From Octopus sinensis (taxonomy: Eukaryota), in the NCBI RefSeq assembly GCF_006345805.1, contig NC_043019.1, positions 10,539,360 through 10,603,359 on the forward strand: 64,000 nucleotides of DNA, written 5' to 3'. Below are positions 63,955 to 64,000 of the stretch, in pieces. Under the pieces are notes generated by a model. The model worked only from the letters and a program-made list of their open reading frames with translations, did no database searches and had not been told where the DNA came from. The position numbers and the translations under genes are program-made. Numbering within the stretch: the stretch's first letter is position 1; each line of letters opens with the position of its first letter.

Positions 63955-64000
63955 TTTGAAAAAAGTTGAGAGTATTTGTATATATATATATATATATATA

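Overview
This is eukaryotic, AT-rich, microsatellite-saturated DNA with no supportable host protein-coding gene or true tRNA/rRNA gene. The repeat families and a cox3 fragment readable in the invertebrate mitochondrial code suggest an octopod cephalopod intron or intergenic region (inference). Nearly all listed ORFs are translations of microsatellites or SINEs. Real content includes more than 20 copies of a ~400-bp tRNA-headed SINE (S1) with an internal (AT)n/(GT)n tract, a second SINE (S2) that forms ~184-bp head-to-tail multimers, and further tRNA-derived SINEs. There are also decayed mariner elements and MITEs (hAT, Tc1/pogo-like, and one carrying TTAGGG), non-autonomous Helitrons including a tandem trimer, RTE/CR1/Tx1-like LINE remnants, a Penelope-like (Neptune-type) GIY-YIG remnant, a cox3 NUMT, and 59-bp and 155-bp tandem arrays. 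The most notable signal is a set of short non-coding elements carrying minimal hammerhead-ribozyme motifs, often arranged as fold-backs and sitting in (AT)n tracts, including the tract inside S1. Also notable are the fixed-junction S2 multimers and repeated local inverted duplications. Coordinates were read by eye and may be off by a few bp. No database searches were run; family labels S1-S4 and A-C are my own.
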